This document shows positions 7,309 to 17,785 of a stretch of 39,386 nucleotides of DNA, one piece after another. Origin of the DNA: Minisyncoccota bacterium. Its GTDB lineage: Bacteria; Patescibacteriota; Minisyncoccia; JAHIHE01; JAGLIN01. Numbering within the stretch: the stretch's first letter is position 1; the number at the start of each line of letters is the position of its first letter. The notes beneath the pieces are model-generated. The model saw only the letters and a program-made list of their open reading frames with translations, did no database searches and had not been told where the DNA came from. The translations under genes and the position numbers were made by a program. The DNA lies in the NCBI GenBank assembly GCA_023137595.1, contig JAGLOZ010000071.1, positions 1 to 39,386 on the forward strand, written 5' to 3'.

Positions 7309-9216
7309 ATGCAAAAACGCTGGATTGTGAATAAAAAATATCCTGAAAAATTTGCGAAGGAATTTCCGGAACTTTCTTCAATTATTCTGCAACTTCTTTG
7401 GGACAGAGAAATTAAAGATCAAACTCTTGTTGATGAATTTTTTAATCCGGATTATGAGCAGGATATTCATGATCCGTTTTTAATGAAAGACATGGATAAG
7501 GCTGTCCAAAGAATTTCCAAAGCACTTGAAAATGACGAGAAGATAACAATTTATGGAGATTACGATGTTGACGGAGTTACTTCTTCCGTAGTCATGGTAA
7601 GTGCGCTTATAGAATTAAAATCGGTTATTAGTCAAATAAAAAAAGAAGAAGCGAAAAAATTTATAGATATATATATTCCTGACCGAGAGCTTGAAGGATA
7701 TGGACTTAACGAAAAAGCAATAAAGGAAATCAAAAAGAAAAAAACTGATTTGGTTGTGACTGTTGATTGTGGAATTTCCAGTTTTGAGAGCGTGGAGATC
7801 GTCAAAAGATTAGGGATGGACATTATCATAACTGATCATCATCATGTTCCGGATGAAGTTCCTGAAGCGTTAGCAGTCATAAATCCCAAGCAAGAAGACT
7901 GTTCATATCCCTTCAAAGAGCTGGCAGGAGTTGGCGTCGCGTTCAAGGTCGCGCAGGCGCTCATTGGAAATCTATCAGATAGAAATATAGACCTCCCTCA
8001 TCCCGACCCTCTCCCAAAGGGAGGGGGAGAAAAAGAGCCATTAAGTTTAAATTCTAGAAAGTTACAGCCTAAAAAGCTAAAAAGCTACAATTTAAGCATT
8101 GGTTTTGAAAAATGGCTTCTTGATCTTGTGGCCCTTGGAACAGTTGCGGATTGTGTTAATCTTATCGGAGAAAATAGAACATTGGTAAAATACGGACTTT
8201 TAGTGATCAATAAAACAAAACGAATAGGAATTAAAAAACTTATCAAAGCATCAGGAACAAAAATAAGGGAAAACGGCAATGTTAAAGAGGCGAAAATGAT
8301 TGACACGACTTCCATAAGTTTTATGCTTGCTCCAAGGCTTAATGCCGCGGGAAGAATGGATCACGCCAACACTTCTTACGAGCTGTTGAATTCTGAGGAT
8401 GAGCGCGAGGCGGAAGAACTTGCCGGCAAACTTGAAAAAAACAATCAAAACAGGCAGAGAATTACCGAAAAGGCCATGGTTGAAACGAGACAGAGGATCG
8501 GCAAATATAAAAAGTTGCCGAAAATTATTATTGAATCAGATCCCGACTGGAGAATCGGCATCGTAGGCCTTGTGGCGGGAAAATTAGCTGATGAATATTC
8601 CCGGCCATTTTTAGTTTTACAGGAAAAAGAAAACCAAAGTGCCGGATCAGGAAGGAGTATTCCGGAATTCAATTTGATCGAAGCGATCGAAAAATGCAAA
8701 GATATCCTGATAAGTTTCGGCGGGCATTCTCAGGCGGCGGGACTTAAAATCGAAAATAAGAATTTAAAGAAATTCAGGAAAAAAATTGAAGGAATTGCTA
8801 AGAAAGTTCTAAAGGAAGAAGACCTCATTCCTTCAATTGAAATTGATCGTAAAATAGATCATGAGCAAATAAATTGGCAACTCATTGACGAGATTGAAAA
8901 ATTCAAACCATTCGGACAAGGGAATAAAAAGCCGGTGTTTATGGCAAAAAAGTTTGAAGTGCATGAAGTACGAGCGGTTGGGAATGATAACGCGCATCTC
9001 AAACTTTGTTTTAAAACGATCTTAAAGGATAAAGACGTAAAATATTTTCCGGCAATCGCATTTAGGCTTGGCAAATTGGCGGAAGAAATGCCAAACGAAA
9101 AGCCGGGACTTCGCTGGGGAGATATTGTTGATGTTGTTTTTCAATTGGAAGTGAATGAGTGGAATGGGAATAGGGAGTTGCAGATGAATGTGCTGGATTT
9201 GAAGATGAGTGAATAG
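7309..9216 (+). CDS. recJ: ssDNA-specific exonuclease RecJ (with a repeat-derived insertion)
   Basis: YGDYDVDG, TVDCG, TDHH, LGTVAD, PRLNAAGR and FGGHSQAAG motifs. Confidence 0.97.
   Translation: MQKRWIVNKKYPEKFAKEFPELSSIILQLLWDREIKDQTLVDEFFNPDYEQDIHDPFLMKDMDKAVQRISKALENDEKITIYGDYDVDGVTSSVVMVSALIELKSVISQIKKEEAKKFIDIYIPDRELEGYGLNEKAIKEIKKKKTDLVVTVDCGISSFESVEIVKRLGMDIIITDHHHVPDEVPEALAVINPKQEDCSYPFKELAGVGVAFKVAQALIGNLSDRNIDLPHPDPLPKGGGEKEPLSLNSRKLQPKKLKSYNLSIGFEKWLLDLVALGTVADCVNLIGENRTLVKYGLLVINKTKRIGIKKLIKASGTKIRENGNVKEAKMIDTTSISFMLAPRLNAAGRMDHANTSYELLNSEDEREAEELAGKLEKNNQNRQRITEKAMVETRQRIGKYKKLPKIIIESDPDWRIGIVGLVAGKLADEYSRPFLVLQEKENQSAGSGRSIPEFNLIEAIEKCKDILISFGGHSQAAGLKIENKNLKKFRKKIEGIAKKVLKEEDLIPSIEIDRKIDHEQINWQLIDEIEKFKPFGQGNKKPVFMAKKFEVHEVRAVGNDNAHLKLCFKTILKDKDVKYFPAIAFRLGKLAEEMPNEKPGLRWGDIVDVVFQLEVNEWNGNRELQMNVLDLKMSE
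7992..8029. repeat. REP-like palindrome in frame inside recJ
   Basis: CCTCCCTCATCCCGACCCTCTCCCAAAGGGAGGGGGAG, encoding LPHPDPLPKGGGE. Confidence 0.75.
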
Positions 9217-9225
9217 TGTTGCTTC

Positions 9226-9332
9226 AACACGCCCCGTCTGCTTCGCAGCCCACCTATCTCAAGAGAGGGACTATCGTAAAAGTAAAATTCCCCTCTCGAG
9301 AGGGGTAGTCCGCGTAGCGGGCGGGGTGTGTT
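9226..9332. repeat. REP doublet (inverted pair) upstream of the DUF559 gene
   Basis: AACACGCCCCGTCTGC...CTCAAGAGAGGGA and TTCCCCTCTCGAGAGGGG...GCGGGGTGTGTT. Confidence 0.85.
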
Positions 9333-9344
9333 AAGAGTAAAAAT

Positions 9345-9710
9345 ATGCGTAAAATAATCCCATATAACCCAAAACTAAAACAAATAGCAAAAAATTTAAG
9401 GAACAACAGCACTTTGTCAGAAGTATTATTATGGCAACACCTGAAAGGCAAAAAAATGAAAGGGTATGATTTTCACAGACAAAAACCTATTGGAAATTAT
9501 ATCGTTGACTTTTTCTGTAATGATCTAATGCTGGCAATTGAAATTGATGGTATAAGCCATGATGATAAAATTAATAAAGACATAAAAAGACAAAAGCAAA
9601 TAGAAAGTTTTGGAATAAGCTTTTTGAGATTTAATGATATTGATGTAAAAAAGAATATTGAAGGAGTGATTGTGGCGATTGGGGAGTGGATTGATGAGTA
9701 TAATTCGTAA
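9345..9710 (+). CDS. DUF559 (Vsr-like) endonuclease
   Basis: LRNNSTLSEVLLWQHL...FHRQKPIGNYIVDF...AIEIDGISH...LRFND. Confidence 0.92.
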   Translation: MRKIIPYNPKLKQIAKNLRNNSTLSEVLLWQHLKGKKMKGYDFHRQKPIGNYIVDFFCNDLMLAIEIDGISHDDKINKDIKRQKQIESFGISFLRFNDIDVKKNIEGVIVAIGEWIDEYNS

Positions 9711-9822
9711 CACACCCCATCTGCTTCGCAGATTTACCCCTCTCAAGAGGGGAATAATTTATTGTAATTGCTTCGCAGATTTACCCCTCTTAAGAAGGGA
9801 ATAATCTATTGTACTGCTTCGC
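9709..9822. repeat. REP copy plus ~47-bp tandem duplication downstream of DUF559
   Basis: AACACACCCCATCTGCTTCGCAGATTTACCCCTCTCAAGAGGGGAAT; the unit TGCTTCGCAGATTTACCCCTCT...GGGAATAAT.TATTGTA repeats at ~9722 and ~9769. Confidence 0.85.
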
Positions 9823-9958
9823 TTTCTGTCTCTCTTCTTGAAAAACGAGGTAGATCGAGAAGAGAATATATTTTAGTTTGTTTATAGGATATAAAAGTGT
9901 TAAAATATAAACATACAAAGCTTAAAAGCATAGGATTAAATTATAAATTATATAATTA

Positions 9959-10684
9959 GTGAAAAGTCTTGAAAAAGAAAAGCAATCTTCCAATGAGAAA
10001 GCAAATATCTTAGTAAATAATTTTGATGATCTTTTGAAGTCTGTCAAAAAGCAAGTTCCGATCTTTTATTTTTTACAAGAAAAATATGATTTCAAAGGAG
10101 AAATTTTGGAACTTGGCGCGGGGAGCTGCTGGTTTAGCGCTCTAGTTTCGAAATTGCCGGAAGTAGAAAAAGTATACGCGCTTGATCTATCAGAAGATCT
10201 GCTTGATAAGATCGGTAAAAAAGTTATCAAACAGTTGGAAGGAAATTGCAAGAAGATCAAATTCGTTGTTTCTGATTTTCATAAAATGTCTTTTAATAAT
10301 AATAAATTTGATATAATAATTTGCGATGCCTCGCTTCATCATACGCAAAATTTACCGGTTTTACTGAAAGAAACAAGCAGAGTTTTGAAAAATGACGGAT
10401 TTTTATTGGCAATTCGCGAGCCAATAAAAACCGTTCCTTATTTTTTGAAATTAAAAAAATTTGGAAAAACAGAAATAAAAAAAGGGTCAACGGAAAATAT
10501 TTATAGCAAAAGTGAGTGGAAAAAACATTTTTCTGAAGCTGGATTTGAACTGGGTTTTTCTGAAGAATTTAATAAAAACGATACGACAACAAGGCTAGCA
10601 AAAATTCCTTTATTTAAGGTTTTTAATGGCATTTTATTTTCAAGATATTATTTATTTGCTAAAAAAGTTAAATCAAAACTATGA
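9959..10684 (+). CDS. Class I SAM-dependent methyltransferase
   Basis: ILELGAGSCW, ALDLS, FDIIIC..SLHH and RVLKNDG motifs. Confidence 0.88.
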   Translation: MKSLEKEKQSSNEKANILVNNFDDLLKSVKKQVPIFYFLQEKYDFKGEILELGAGSCWFSALVSKLPEVEKVYALDLSEDLLDKIGKKVIKQLEGNCKKIKFVVSDFHKMSFNNNKFDIIICDASLHHTQNLPVLLKETSRVLKNDGFLLAIREPIKTVPYFLKLKKFGKTEIKKGSTENIYSKSEWKKHFSEAGFELGFSEEFNKNDTTTRLAKIPLFKVFNGILFSRYYLFAKKVKSKL

Positions 10685-11955
10685 CAAACGAAAAATTAAG
10701 TTCGTCAATACCGAAACTGATTATATCTGTAACTTTAATCGTGATGATTGGAGGACTTATGGGAACGGTTGGGTATTTAATAACAAAAAAAGATGATTTG
10801 AAAAATATTTCAACAGAAACTGAACAAACAAAAAATATTTCAATTTATGATATTGGCTTTGAAAAAATATTTCTAAAGGATTCAGAACTTAAAGATTTTT
10901 ATAAGCCTTATAGGGAAACAAATACTGCGTCAGGAATTGGAAAAGGACACCCGATTATTTTTGGCGATTTGACTCAAGATGGCATTGACGAAGCCGTTGT
11001 TCCTGTTTCTTCCGGAGGAACTGCCGGGGATACGGCTTATGCTGTTTTTAGTGTTCAAAACAATAAATTAACAAAACTTTTTTACAATTTAAATATCTAT
11101 CAAGTTATTTTGAAAATAGAAGATGGACAACTGATTGAGCAAACGCCATTTTTTTCTGAAAATGACGCGAATTGCTGTCCTTCATTTTATAGATATACAT
11201 ATTATAAATACAACAAAGAAAATAATAAGATGGAAATAGCAAAAGCGATACTAAAGAAGAATGATAATAATTTAGCAGCAAATGAAGATAAAAACGAAGT
11301 TGATATTTCCGATTGGCAGATATACAAAAATGAAGTCCTTGAACTTGAAATAAAACATCCTATAAATTTAAATAAGTATATTAATGAATTTACATTCTTT
11401 ATTACTTCAGAAGAAGATCTTAGAAAATATCAAAAAAAAGAAGAAGCGGATATGTGTCTTCATAATTGTGGATTGTTTAAAGAAAATGAAGATTTGTTTA
11501 ATAAGCAGTTTGAAATAATAAATAAATCTAGCCATTGTCCATATTTAGAAACATATAAAGAAGATATAAAAAACAACTTTGTTCTATTTAGTAAAGGAAT
11601 AAGAACTATTGAAAAAATTGATAGTATCGAAAATGAGAACTTAAATGTTTGCGGATTAAAGCTAATAACTTATGAAGGCTATGAAGCTGGTAATATAACG
11701 CTATATTCTTATATTACAATTTTTCAAAAAGATGACAAAATTATCAAAATTGATCTTCCTTTATTTCCTGTAGAAGTATTTAAAGAAGCTGATGAGATTT
11801 GGAAGGAAATCGGATATAATTTTGAAACAAAACGATGCGAAGGTTGTTATCAAAATGAACTAAACTTTGATATGAACTTTGATGTTAACGAAAAAAGAAT
11901 ACAAAAAATAATAAGACAATATGATGAAATTGTTTCTAGTTTTAAATTAAATTAG
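10681..11955 (+). CDS. Membrane-anchored Cys-containing hypothetical surface protein
   Basis: N-terminal TM; GDLTQDGIDEAVV...SGGTAG and DANCCPS (LppP/LprE-like); DWQIYKNE motif typical of CPR surface proteins. Confidence 0.7.
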   Translation: MTNEKLSSSIPKLIISVTLIVMIGGLMGTVGYLITKKDDLKNISTETEQTKNISIYDIGFEKIFLKDSELKDFYKPYRETNTASGIGKGHPIIFGDLTQDGIDEAVVPVSSGGTAGDTAYAVFSVQNNKLTKLFYNLNIYQVILKIEDGQLIEQTPFFSENDANCCPSFYRYTYYKYNKENNKMEIAKAILKKNDNNLAANEDKNEVDISDWQIYKNEVLELEIKHPINLNKYINEFTFFITSEEDLRKYQKKEEADMCLHNCGLFKENEDLFNKQFEIINKSSHCPYLETYKEDIKNNFVLFSKGIRTIEKIDSIENENLNVCGLKLITYEGYEAGNITLYSYITIFQKDDKIIKIDLPLFPVEVFKEADEIWKEIGYNFETKRCEGCYQNELNFDMNFDVNEKRIQKIIRQYDEIVSSFKLN

Positions 11956-11979
11956 GTTTAACAACACAGACGCAAAGCG

Positions 11980-12167
11980 TATCATATAGTTCTACCCTGT
12001 CTTGACAGGGGTTCCCGCTGTCGCGAGATTTAGCCTCGCGACATGAAGTTTCGCGGAACATGACATAGGAAAACGCGATGAGACTTCTGTCGAAGGGCTA
12101 GGCCCCGTGGCGGCACGGAAAACTATTTTTTCAGTAAACCGCTCTCAAGAGAGCGTAGAATAATGAT
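11980..12167. repeat. GC-rich composite of nested hairpins
   Basis: Outer ATCAT..TTCTAC/GTAGAA..ATGAT; inner CCCTGTC/GACAGGG, TGTCGCGAG/CTCGCGACA, CCGTG/CACGG and CGCTCTC/GAGAGCG. Confidence 0.65.
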
Positions 12168-12265
12168 ATTCAAATTCCTATGCTTTTAAATTAAAATTAA
12201 AACATAAATAAATTTTTTTGACTTTCCGACTTTATAAACTTTATAATTTTTAACTTATTTATCCT

Positions 12266-13789
12266 ATGCTTTCAAAAATAAATTCTTGCGCAGTTATCGG
12301 ACTGGATTGTGAGGCGGTGGAAGTTGAGTTGGATATAAGCCCGGGACTTGGGAATATCACTGTTGTTGGTTTGCCGGATACTGCTGTTCAGGAGTCAAAG
12401 GAAAGAGTTCGCGCGGCGATCAAAAATTCCGGTTTCAAATATCCGACAACGCGTATTACGATCAATCTTGCCCCAGCGGATATCAAGAAAGCCGGTCCCG
12501 CTTATGATCTGCCGATTGCGATTGGAATGCTCAAAGCGTCAAAGCAATTGGACGCGAGTATTGATGACAGTCTTTTTGTGGGAGAACTTTCTCTTGATGG
12601 GAAATTAAGGCATACGAATGGAATTCTGCCGATTGCGATTTATGCTCAGGAAAAGAAATATAAAAGATTATATATTCCAAAAGTGAATGAATATGAAGCG
12701 AGCTTGGTTGAAGATGTTGAAATAATCCCGGTTGAAAGTTTGCTCCAACTTTTCCGACATCTTAGCGATATAGAGATCATTGAGCCTGCAAAAACTCATG
12801 GCTTGGATGATATCAAAGAAAGTGAAAATTTTTCAATTGACTTTGCCTATGTGAAGGGGCAGGAACATATCAAAAGAGCGCTTGAAATCGCGGCAAGCGG
12901 AGGACATAATGTTCTTTTGAGTGGTCCTCCCGGAACTGGAAAAACTCTTTTGGCGCGAGCCGTTCCGACCATACTTCCGAAGATGACAAAAGAGGAGGCG
13001 CTGGAGGTTACGAAAATATATAGCATTGCCGGACTTTTGCCTTCTGATGAGCCATTGATAAAAATCAGGCCGTTCAGAACTCCGCATCACAGTGCTACGG
13101 CCCCGTCTCTTGTTGGAGGGGGGCAATTCCCAAAACCCGGGGAAATAAGTTTGGCTCATCGGGGAGTTTTGTTTCTTGACGAACTTCCTGAATTTCCCCG
13201 CGGAATTTTGGAAAATCTTCGCCAGCCTCTTGAGGACGGGATCGTTACAATAGGCAGAGCGCAAGGCACGCTTACTTTTCCCGCCAAATTTTCACTTATT
13301 GCCAGTATGAATCCCTGCCCGTGCGGATACGCAAGCGATCCAGATCGCGATTGCAGCTGTTCGCCGGCGCAAATTATAAAATATCAGAAAAAGATCTCAG
13401 GTCCGCTTCTTGACAGAATTGATCTTCATATTGAAGTTCCGCGTATTAAATTTGAAAAGCTTGCGAATGATGATCTGGCAGAGCCTTCAAAGTCAATAAG
13501 AGCGCGCGTAGAAAAAGCGAGAAAAATCCAGCAAGAAAGGTTTGAAAATAAAAAAGTTCTGACCAACTCAGAAATGAGCTCTCAGGATGTGAAAGAGTTT
13601 TGCAGAACAAACGCGCAGACGATTGAGCTTCTTAAAACAGCCGTCAATCAATTCCAGTTAAGCGCGAGGTCGTTCTATAAAATTCTCAAGCTCGCCAGAA
13701 CGATCGCAGATTTGGAAGAAAAGAAAAACATTGAAAGCGTTCATGTTGCGGAAGCGTTGCAATATCGCCCGAGGAGCAATGTAATTTAG
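12266..13789 (+). CDS. comM: YifB/ComM Mg-chelatase-like AAA+ ATPase
   Basis: [45 protein letters not shown] and MNPCPCG motifs. Confidence 0.95.
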   Translation: MLSKINSCAVIGLDCEAVEVELDISPGLGNITVVGLPDTAVQESKERVRAAIKNSGFKYPTTRITINLAPADIKKAGPAYDLPIAIGMLKASKQLDASIDDSLFVGELSLDGKLRHTNGILPIAIYAQEKKYKRLYIPKVNEYEASLVEDVEIIPVESLLQLFRHLSDIEIIEPAKTHGLDDIKESENFSIDFAYVKGQEHIKRALEIAASGGHNVLLSGPPGTGKTLLARAVPTILPKMTKEEALEVTKIYSIAGLLPSDEPLIKIRPFRTPHHSATAPSLVGGGQFPKPGEISLAHRGVLFLDELPEFPRGILENLRQPLEDGIVTIGRAQGTLTFPAKFSLIASMNPCPCGYASDPDRDCSCSPAQIIKYQKKISGPLLDRIDLHIEVPRIKFEKLANDDLAEPSKSIRARVEKARKIQQERFENKKVLTNSEMSSQDVKEFCRTNAQTIELLKTAVNQFQLSARSFYKILKLARTIADLEEKKNIESVHVAEALQYRPRSNVI

Positions 13790-13844
13790 AATCTTGGATT
13801 ATGAATTATGAATCAGGAATTTATCGTATAAATTTGAATACGAT

Positions 13845-14083
13845 TTCCTCCCCTGATAAGAGCTTGCTCTGAGCGATAGCTGAATAGGGAAGGAAGGGAG
13901 TATCCCTCTTTGTAAAAGGGGGCAGGGGGATTTAGTGAAATATTGTAGAACTATAAACTAAAAACAAATTTAAAAGTTTCTTCTAGCTTTTATTTTATAA
14001 TTACAATTCTGTCCGCATTCAAAACCCCCTTTAATTTCCCCCCCCATTCGACTTTGCTCAGGGCAGGCTCTTATCAGGGGGAC
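13845..14083. repeat. Composite inverted repeat with a CTGAGC..TCGAA element inserted in both arms
   Basis: CCCCTGATAA[GAGCTTGCTCTGAGCGATAGCTGAATAGGG] at left; [CCCATTCGACTTTGCTCAGGGCAGGCTC]TTATCAGGGG at right. Confidence 0.75.
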
Positions 14084-14122
14084 GATATAAAATATGCAAA
14101 ACCTAATTTAATAAAAAACAAT

Positions 14123-14332
14123 ATGGAAAATGAAGAACAAATTTTGGAAATTTTAAAACAAAATCAGGAAATTTTAAAACAGACCCACAGGTCTGCTGAA
14201 AAAACTAGAAAATATATTCTTTATAATATGATCTTTACTGTAGTGGTTTTCCTTTTGCCCGTAATCGGACTTGTAATCGCAATTCCCATCTTTATGAGAA
14301 CATATATGGAATCGCTCAATGGGTTGATATAA
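14123..14332 (+). CDS. Small membrane protein
   Basis: MENEEQILEIL... coiled coil plus a C-terminal hydrophobic segment. The upstream ORF extension lies within a repeat. Confidence 0.7.
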   Translation: MENEEQILEILKQNQEILKQTHRSAEKTRKYILYNMIFTVVVFLLPVIGLVIAIPIFMRTYMESLNGLI

Positions 14333-14352
14333 AAAAGAAGGTGAAAAGATGT

Positions 14353-14601
14353 TCACCTATAAAATGAATTTAATATTTTTGTTTTTAACTTTTCAATTAT
14401 TCTAGGGTCTTCATATATAAAAATAAAATAAAGAACCCATAAACAATAGAGAATGCAAACGATTAAAGATTCTATAACATCAGGTAATCTATATTCGGAA
14501 AGAAAAAGTCCAAAAACCGTGAAGTGTGTAATAGAAACAAAAATAGTAAATTTGATTTCTGCTGTATGTTTATTCCAAAGATCTGATATGTTTTTCAACA
14601 T
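14353..14601 (-). CDS. Small two-TM membrane protein
   Basis: AGGAGAG Shine-Dalgarno before ATG 14601; two hydrophobic segments. Confidence 0.6.
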   Translation of the reverse strand: MLKNISDLWNKHTAEIKFTIFVSITHFTVFGLFLSEYRLPDVIESLIVCILYCLWVLYFIFIYEDPRIIEKLKTKILNSFYR

Positions 14602-15024
14602 TTGTATCTCTCCTATAATTTTTCTTTTTTTATAACACACAAATTTAAACTTAGCAATAGTCAAAATTATATTCTTAACATATTTTGAATTCTAAGTATT
14701 TGTGATGAGAAATCCCTTCAATAATATTTTACTGTAATAATTTTTATGCGTTTAATCTAATTAAAAAGATTCCTCAGTCGCGGAGTTTATCTCTTAGGCT
14801 CATTTCGAGACAAAAAGATGTTTTTCTTCACTGACTAGAGATTCGGAATGATTGCGCGCTTTCTCGTCACAGTCTTCTGTGGAGAGACTGCGACGGGGTG
14901 AAAGTGTTTACATATTAAAATGTTTATATGTTTGTATGGTTTGTCCCTCTATACAAAATGAAATTTACATACTATAATAAAAAATATTATAGTTTAATCA
15001 GTATAAAAATAGTAAAATACCTAT

Positions 15025-16887
15025 ATGAAAAAGAAAATTAAGAAAATTACTAAAAATCCCATAAAAAACGATCTAGTAAAAAATTTATTGACCATTATTC
15101 TACTTTTTGTTTTTATGGCGTCTGCTTTCACTCTTTTTGATATTTCAGAAGAAAAACCCGAAGAGATATCAATAAGTAAGCTTGCGAAACAGGTTGATGA
15201 GGAAAAAGTGAAAGAGATAATTGTTAGAAACGAAAAAGTTGAAATAATTTTAAACGATGAAAATAATACAAAAGAAATAGCTCGATTAGGAGGAACTTCT
15301 TCGCTAGAAGATGAGCTAAAAAATGTACATGAAATTTCGAAAGAAAAGGTTGATAAAGCAAATATATTAGAAAAAGACATAACCGGAACTGAAAAATTTC
15401 TTGTCTCTTTCGGCCCGTCTCTTCTATTGTTTATTCTTATCGGTTTTCTTTTATGGATGATGCTTGGGCAAGCCCAAAAGCAGAATGGGCAAGCAATGTC
15501 ATTCGGAAAATCAAAAGCAAGGTTTCTGAAGCCCGGAGAGAAAAAAAAGAAAACAACGTTCAAAGACGTAGCGGGAGTAAAAGAGGCGAAAGAAGAACTG
15601 CTGGAAATTGTTGATTTTTTGAAAAATCCCAAAAAGTTTCTTGAGCTGGGAGCAAGAATTCCAAGAGGCGTTTTGCTTTTAGGTCCTCCCGGAACCGGAA
15701 AAACTTTACTCGCGAAAGCGGTTTCCGGAGAAGCTAATGTTCCGTTTTTTAATATTTCCGGTTCGGAATTCGTGGAAATGTTTGTCGGAGTCGGAGCTTC
15801 AAGGGTTAGAGATCTGTTTAAGAATGCCAAGAAAAACGCGCCGAGCATATTATTTATTGACGAAATTGACGCGGTTGGAAGACATCGCGGAGCGGGTCTT
15901 GGCGGCGGACACGATGAAAGAGAGCAGACTTTGAATCAAATTCTTGTTGAAATGGACGGTTTTGATACTGAAACAAATGTAATTGTAATGGCAGCAACGA
16001 ACAGGCCTGATGTTCTTGATCCGGCGCTGCTCAGACCAGGTAGATTTGACAGGAGGATCATGCTTGATCTTCCGGATATAAATGACAGAGAAGGAATATT
16101 AAAAGTTCATGCCCAGGGAAAGCCGATTGAGAAAAATGTAGATTTGCGCAGAATAGCGGAAAGAACCCCTGGATTTTCCGGGGCGGAGTTGTTCAATTTA
16201 CTCAATGAAGCAGCAATTCTTACGGCAAGAAGGAATAAGAAAATTGTAGGAAAAAATGAGATTTTGGAGTCTATTGAAAAAGTTATGCTTGGTCCTGAAC
16301 GGAAAAGTAATCTACTTCTTAAAGATGAAAAGAAAATTGCCGCTTACCATGAAGCGGGGCATGCTCTTCTGGGACATCTTCTTCCTAAAACAGATCCGAT
16401 TCATAAGATATCAATAATTTCCAGAGGTCGTGCTGCCGGTTATACTTTAAATCTTCCTGAAGAAGACAGGCATTTTCATTCTAAATCGGAATTCATAGAC
16501 AATCTTGCAATGCTTCTGGGAGGATACGCGGCTGAAAAAATAATTTTTGATGATCTTACGACTGGAGCTAGTAGTGATTTAACTAAAGCAAGCGGAATAG
16601 CGCGTGAATTGATTACAAAATATGGAATGAGCGAAAAGATAGGGCCGATCGTTTTTGGCCAGCATTCTGGAACGGTTTTCTTGGGGAAAGAAATTCACGA
16701 ACAGAGAAATTATAGTGAAGAGGTTGCCGCTGACATTGATCATGAAGTTGAGAGGTTTCTTAATGATGCCCTAAAAACCGCGACAGAAACAATAAACAAA
16801 AATAAAGGCAAATTAGATAAAATAGCGAAGAGGCTGATAGAAGTTGAAACGATCGAGAAAGAAGAATTTGAGAAGTTGATGAAATAA
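15025..16887 (+). CDS. ftsH: ATP-dependent zinc metalloprotease FtsH
   Basis: Two TM helices, [20 protein letters not shown] (LLRPGRFDR) and HEAGH. Confidence 0.98.
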   Translation: MKKKIKKITKNPIKNDLVKNLLTIILLFVFMASAFTLFDISEEKPEEISISKLAKQVDEEKVKEIIVRNEKVEIILNDENNTKEIARLGGTSSLEDELKNVHEISKEKVDKANILEKDITGTEKFLVSFGPSLLLFILIGFLLWMMLGQAQKQNGQAMSFGKSKARFLKPGEKKKKTTFKDVAGVKEAKEELLEIVDFLKNPKKFLELGARIPRGVLLLGPPGTGKTLLAKAVSGEANVPFFNISGSEFVEMFVGVGASRVRDLFKNAKKNAPSILFIDEIDAVGRHRGAGLGGGHDEREQTLNQILVEMDGFDTETNVIVMAATNRPDVLDPALLRPGRFDRRIMLDLPDINDREGILKVHAQGKPIEKNVDLRRIAERTPGFSGAELFNLLNEAAILTARRNKKIVGKNEILESIEKVMLGPERKSNLLLKDEKKIAAYHEAGHALLGHLLPKTDPIHKISIISRGRAAGYTLNLPEEDRHFHSKSEFIDNLAMLLGGYAAEKIIFDDLTTGASSDLTKASGIARELITKYGMSEKIGPIVFGQHSGTVFLGKEIHEQRNYSEEVAADIDHEVERFLNDALKTATETINKNKGKLDKIAKRLIEVETIEKEEFEKLMK

Positions 16888-16938
16888 ATTGTTAGATTGT
16901 TCTCTTGCTGCATTGCTAATATTTTAAAATTACGAAAT

Positions 16939-17109
16939 ATCATTGCGGGGAGCACTGAAATGAATTCATAAACCCTCGCGACTACGAGCGTAAATCGTAA
17001 TATTACATCTAGTGAAACTATTGCGGGATTGCAGGAGCCTGCTCTGAGCGATAGTCGAATGGGTCGGCTTTTCTCTCATTAATATTCGTTCAGCCTTCTC
17101 GCAATGACA
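16939..17109. mobile_element. Family-B palindromic element (TCATTGCG...CGCAATGACA) with nested insert
   Basis: Homologous to 25627-25792, including the insert at 17035-17063 and the downstream ATGAATTTCT.ACC.GCGTT. Confidence 0.75.
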
Positions 17110-17186
17110 GTAAGTGTATATTAATGAATTTCTTACCGGCGTTTGCTTAATGCTAAATACTGTAGACTAAATACTATCTAAAAAAT

Positions 17187-17564
17187 ATGAAGAAACTATT
17201 CAGTAAAAATGTGTTCTTTTCACTGTTTTTTGCTTTATTTCTAGTTCAAATCTTATTTCTAGAAACAGGAACAGTTTGCGCGCAGTGCGGACCGACCGTT
17301 GGCATTCCGTGTAATCCTCTTGATGGCACGGTTTCATCTTTTCGTGACGCAATTATTGTTGTTATTAGATACTTATTATATATTATAGGAATTATAACAT
17401 TAACTTTCATAGTAATATCAGGTATCAAATATATAATCTCTTCTGGCAATGAAGAAAAAATGAAATCAGCCAAAGACGCTCTCTTTTCTTCTCTTTTCGG
17501 GCTGGCGCTGGCGCTTATGTCTTATGTCATTTTGGAAGCGATCGTTGATATTTTGAATAAATAA
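17187..17564 (+). CDS. CPR-type pilin (TrbC/VirB2-like)
   Basis: Signal segment, CNPL, then ISGIKYIISSGNEEKMKSAKDAL between two TM helices. Confidence 0.85.
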   Translation: MKKLFSKNVFFSLFFALFLVQILFLETGTVCAQCGPTVGIPCNPLDGTVSSFRDAIIVVIRYLLYIIGIITLTFIVISGIKYIISSGNEEKMKSAKDALFSSLFGLALALMSYVILEAIVDILNK

Positions 17565-17785
17565 GCTTTTCGTAAAACTAATAAAAATAGTGCTAAACAA
17601 TTGCCTTAACAAGTTTTTCTTCGCGCAATATTTTTAATGCTTTTAATATTCAAATCATAAAGATGCCTGTCGCCCGGAAGCGTTTTGCGTCTGTGATGAA
17701 AACCTAATTTCTTCATACGTAAGTTGGTTTTATTTGAGAAATTGTTGTATAATAAGTTTAAGAGCTTGTAAATATAAATAAAATT

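Noticed and set aside
9722-9822. Tandem ~47-bp repeats as a CRISPR array
   Set aside because: Only about two units, the would-be spacers are near-identical, there are no cas genes, and the units belong to the REP family flanking DUF559.
15021-15848. 275-aa minus-strand ORF
   Set aside because: Antisense shadow of ftsH. The same applies to the short track ORFs opposite pif1, recJ, comM, gyrA, rpsA, the SBPs and the beta-propeller gene.
17606-17716. 36-aa minus-strand ORF (MKKLGFHHRR...) between pilins
   Set aside because: It overlaps a REP-like hairpin whose arm (CACAGACGCAAA) recurs near 11965, and there is no coding support.
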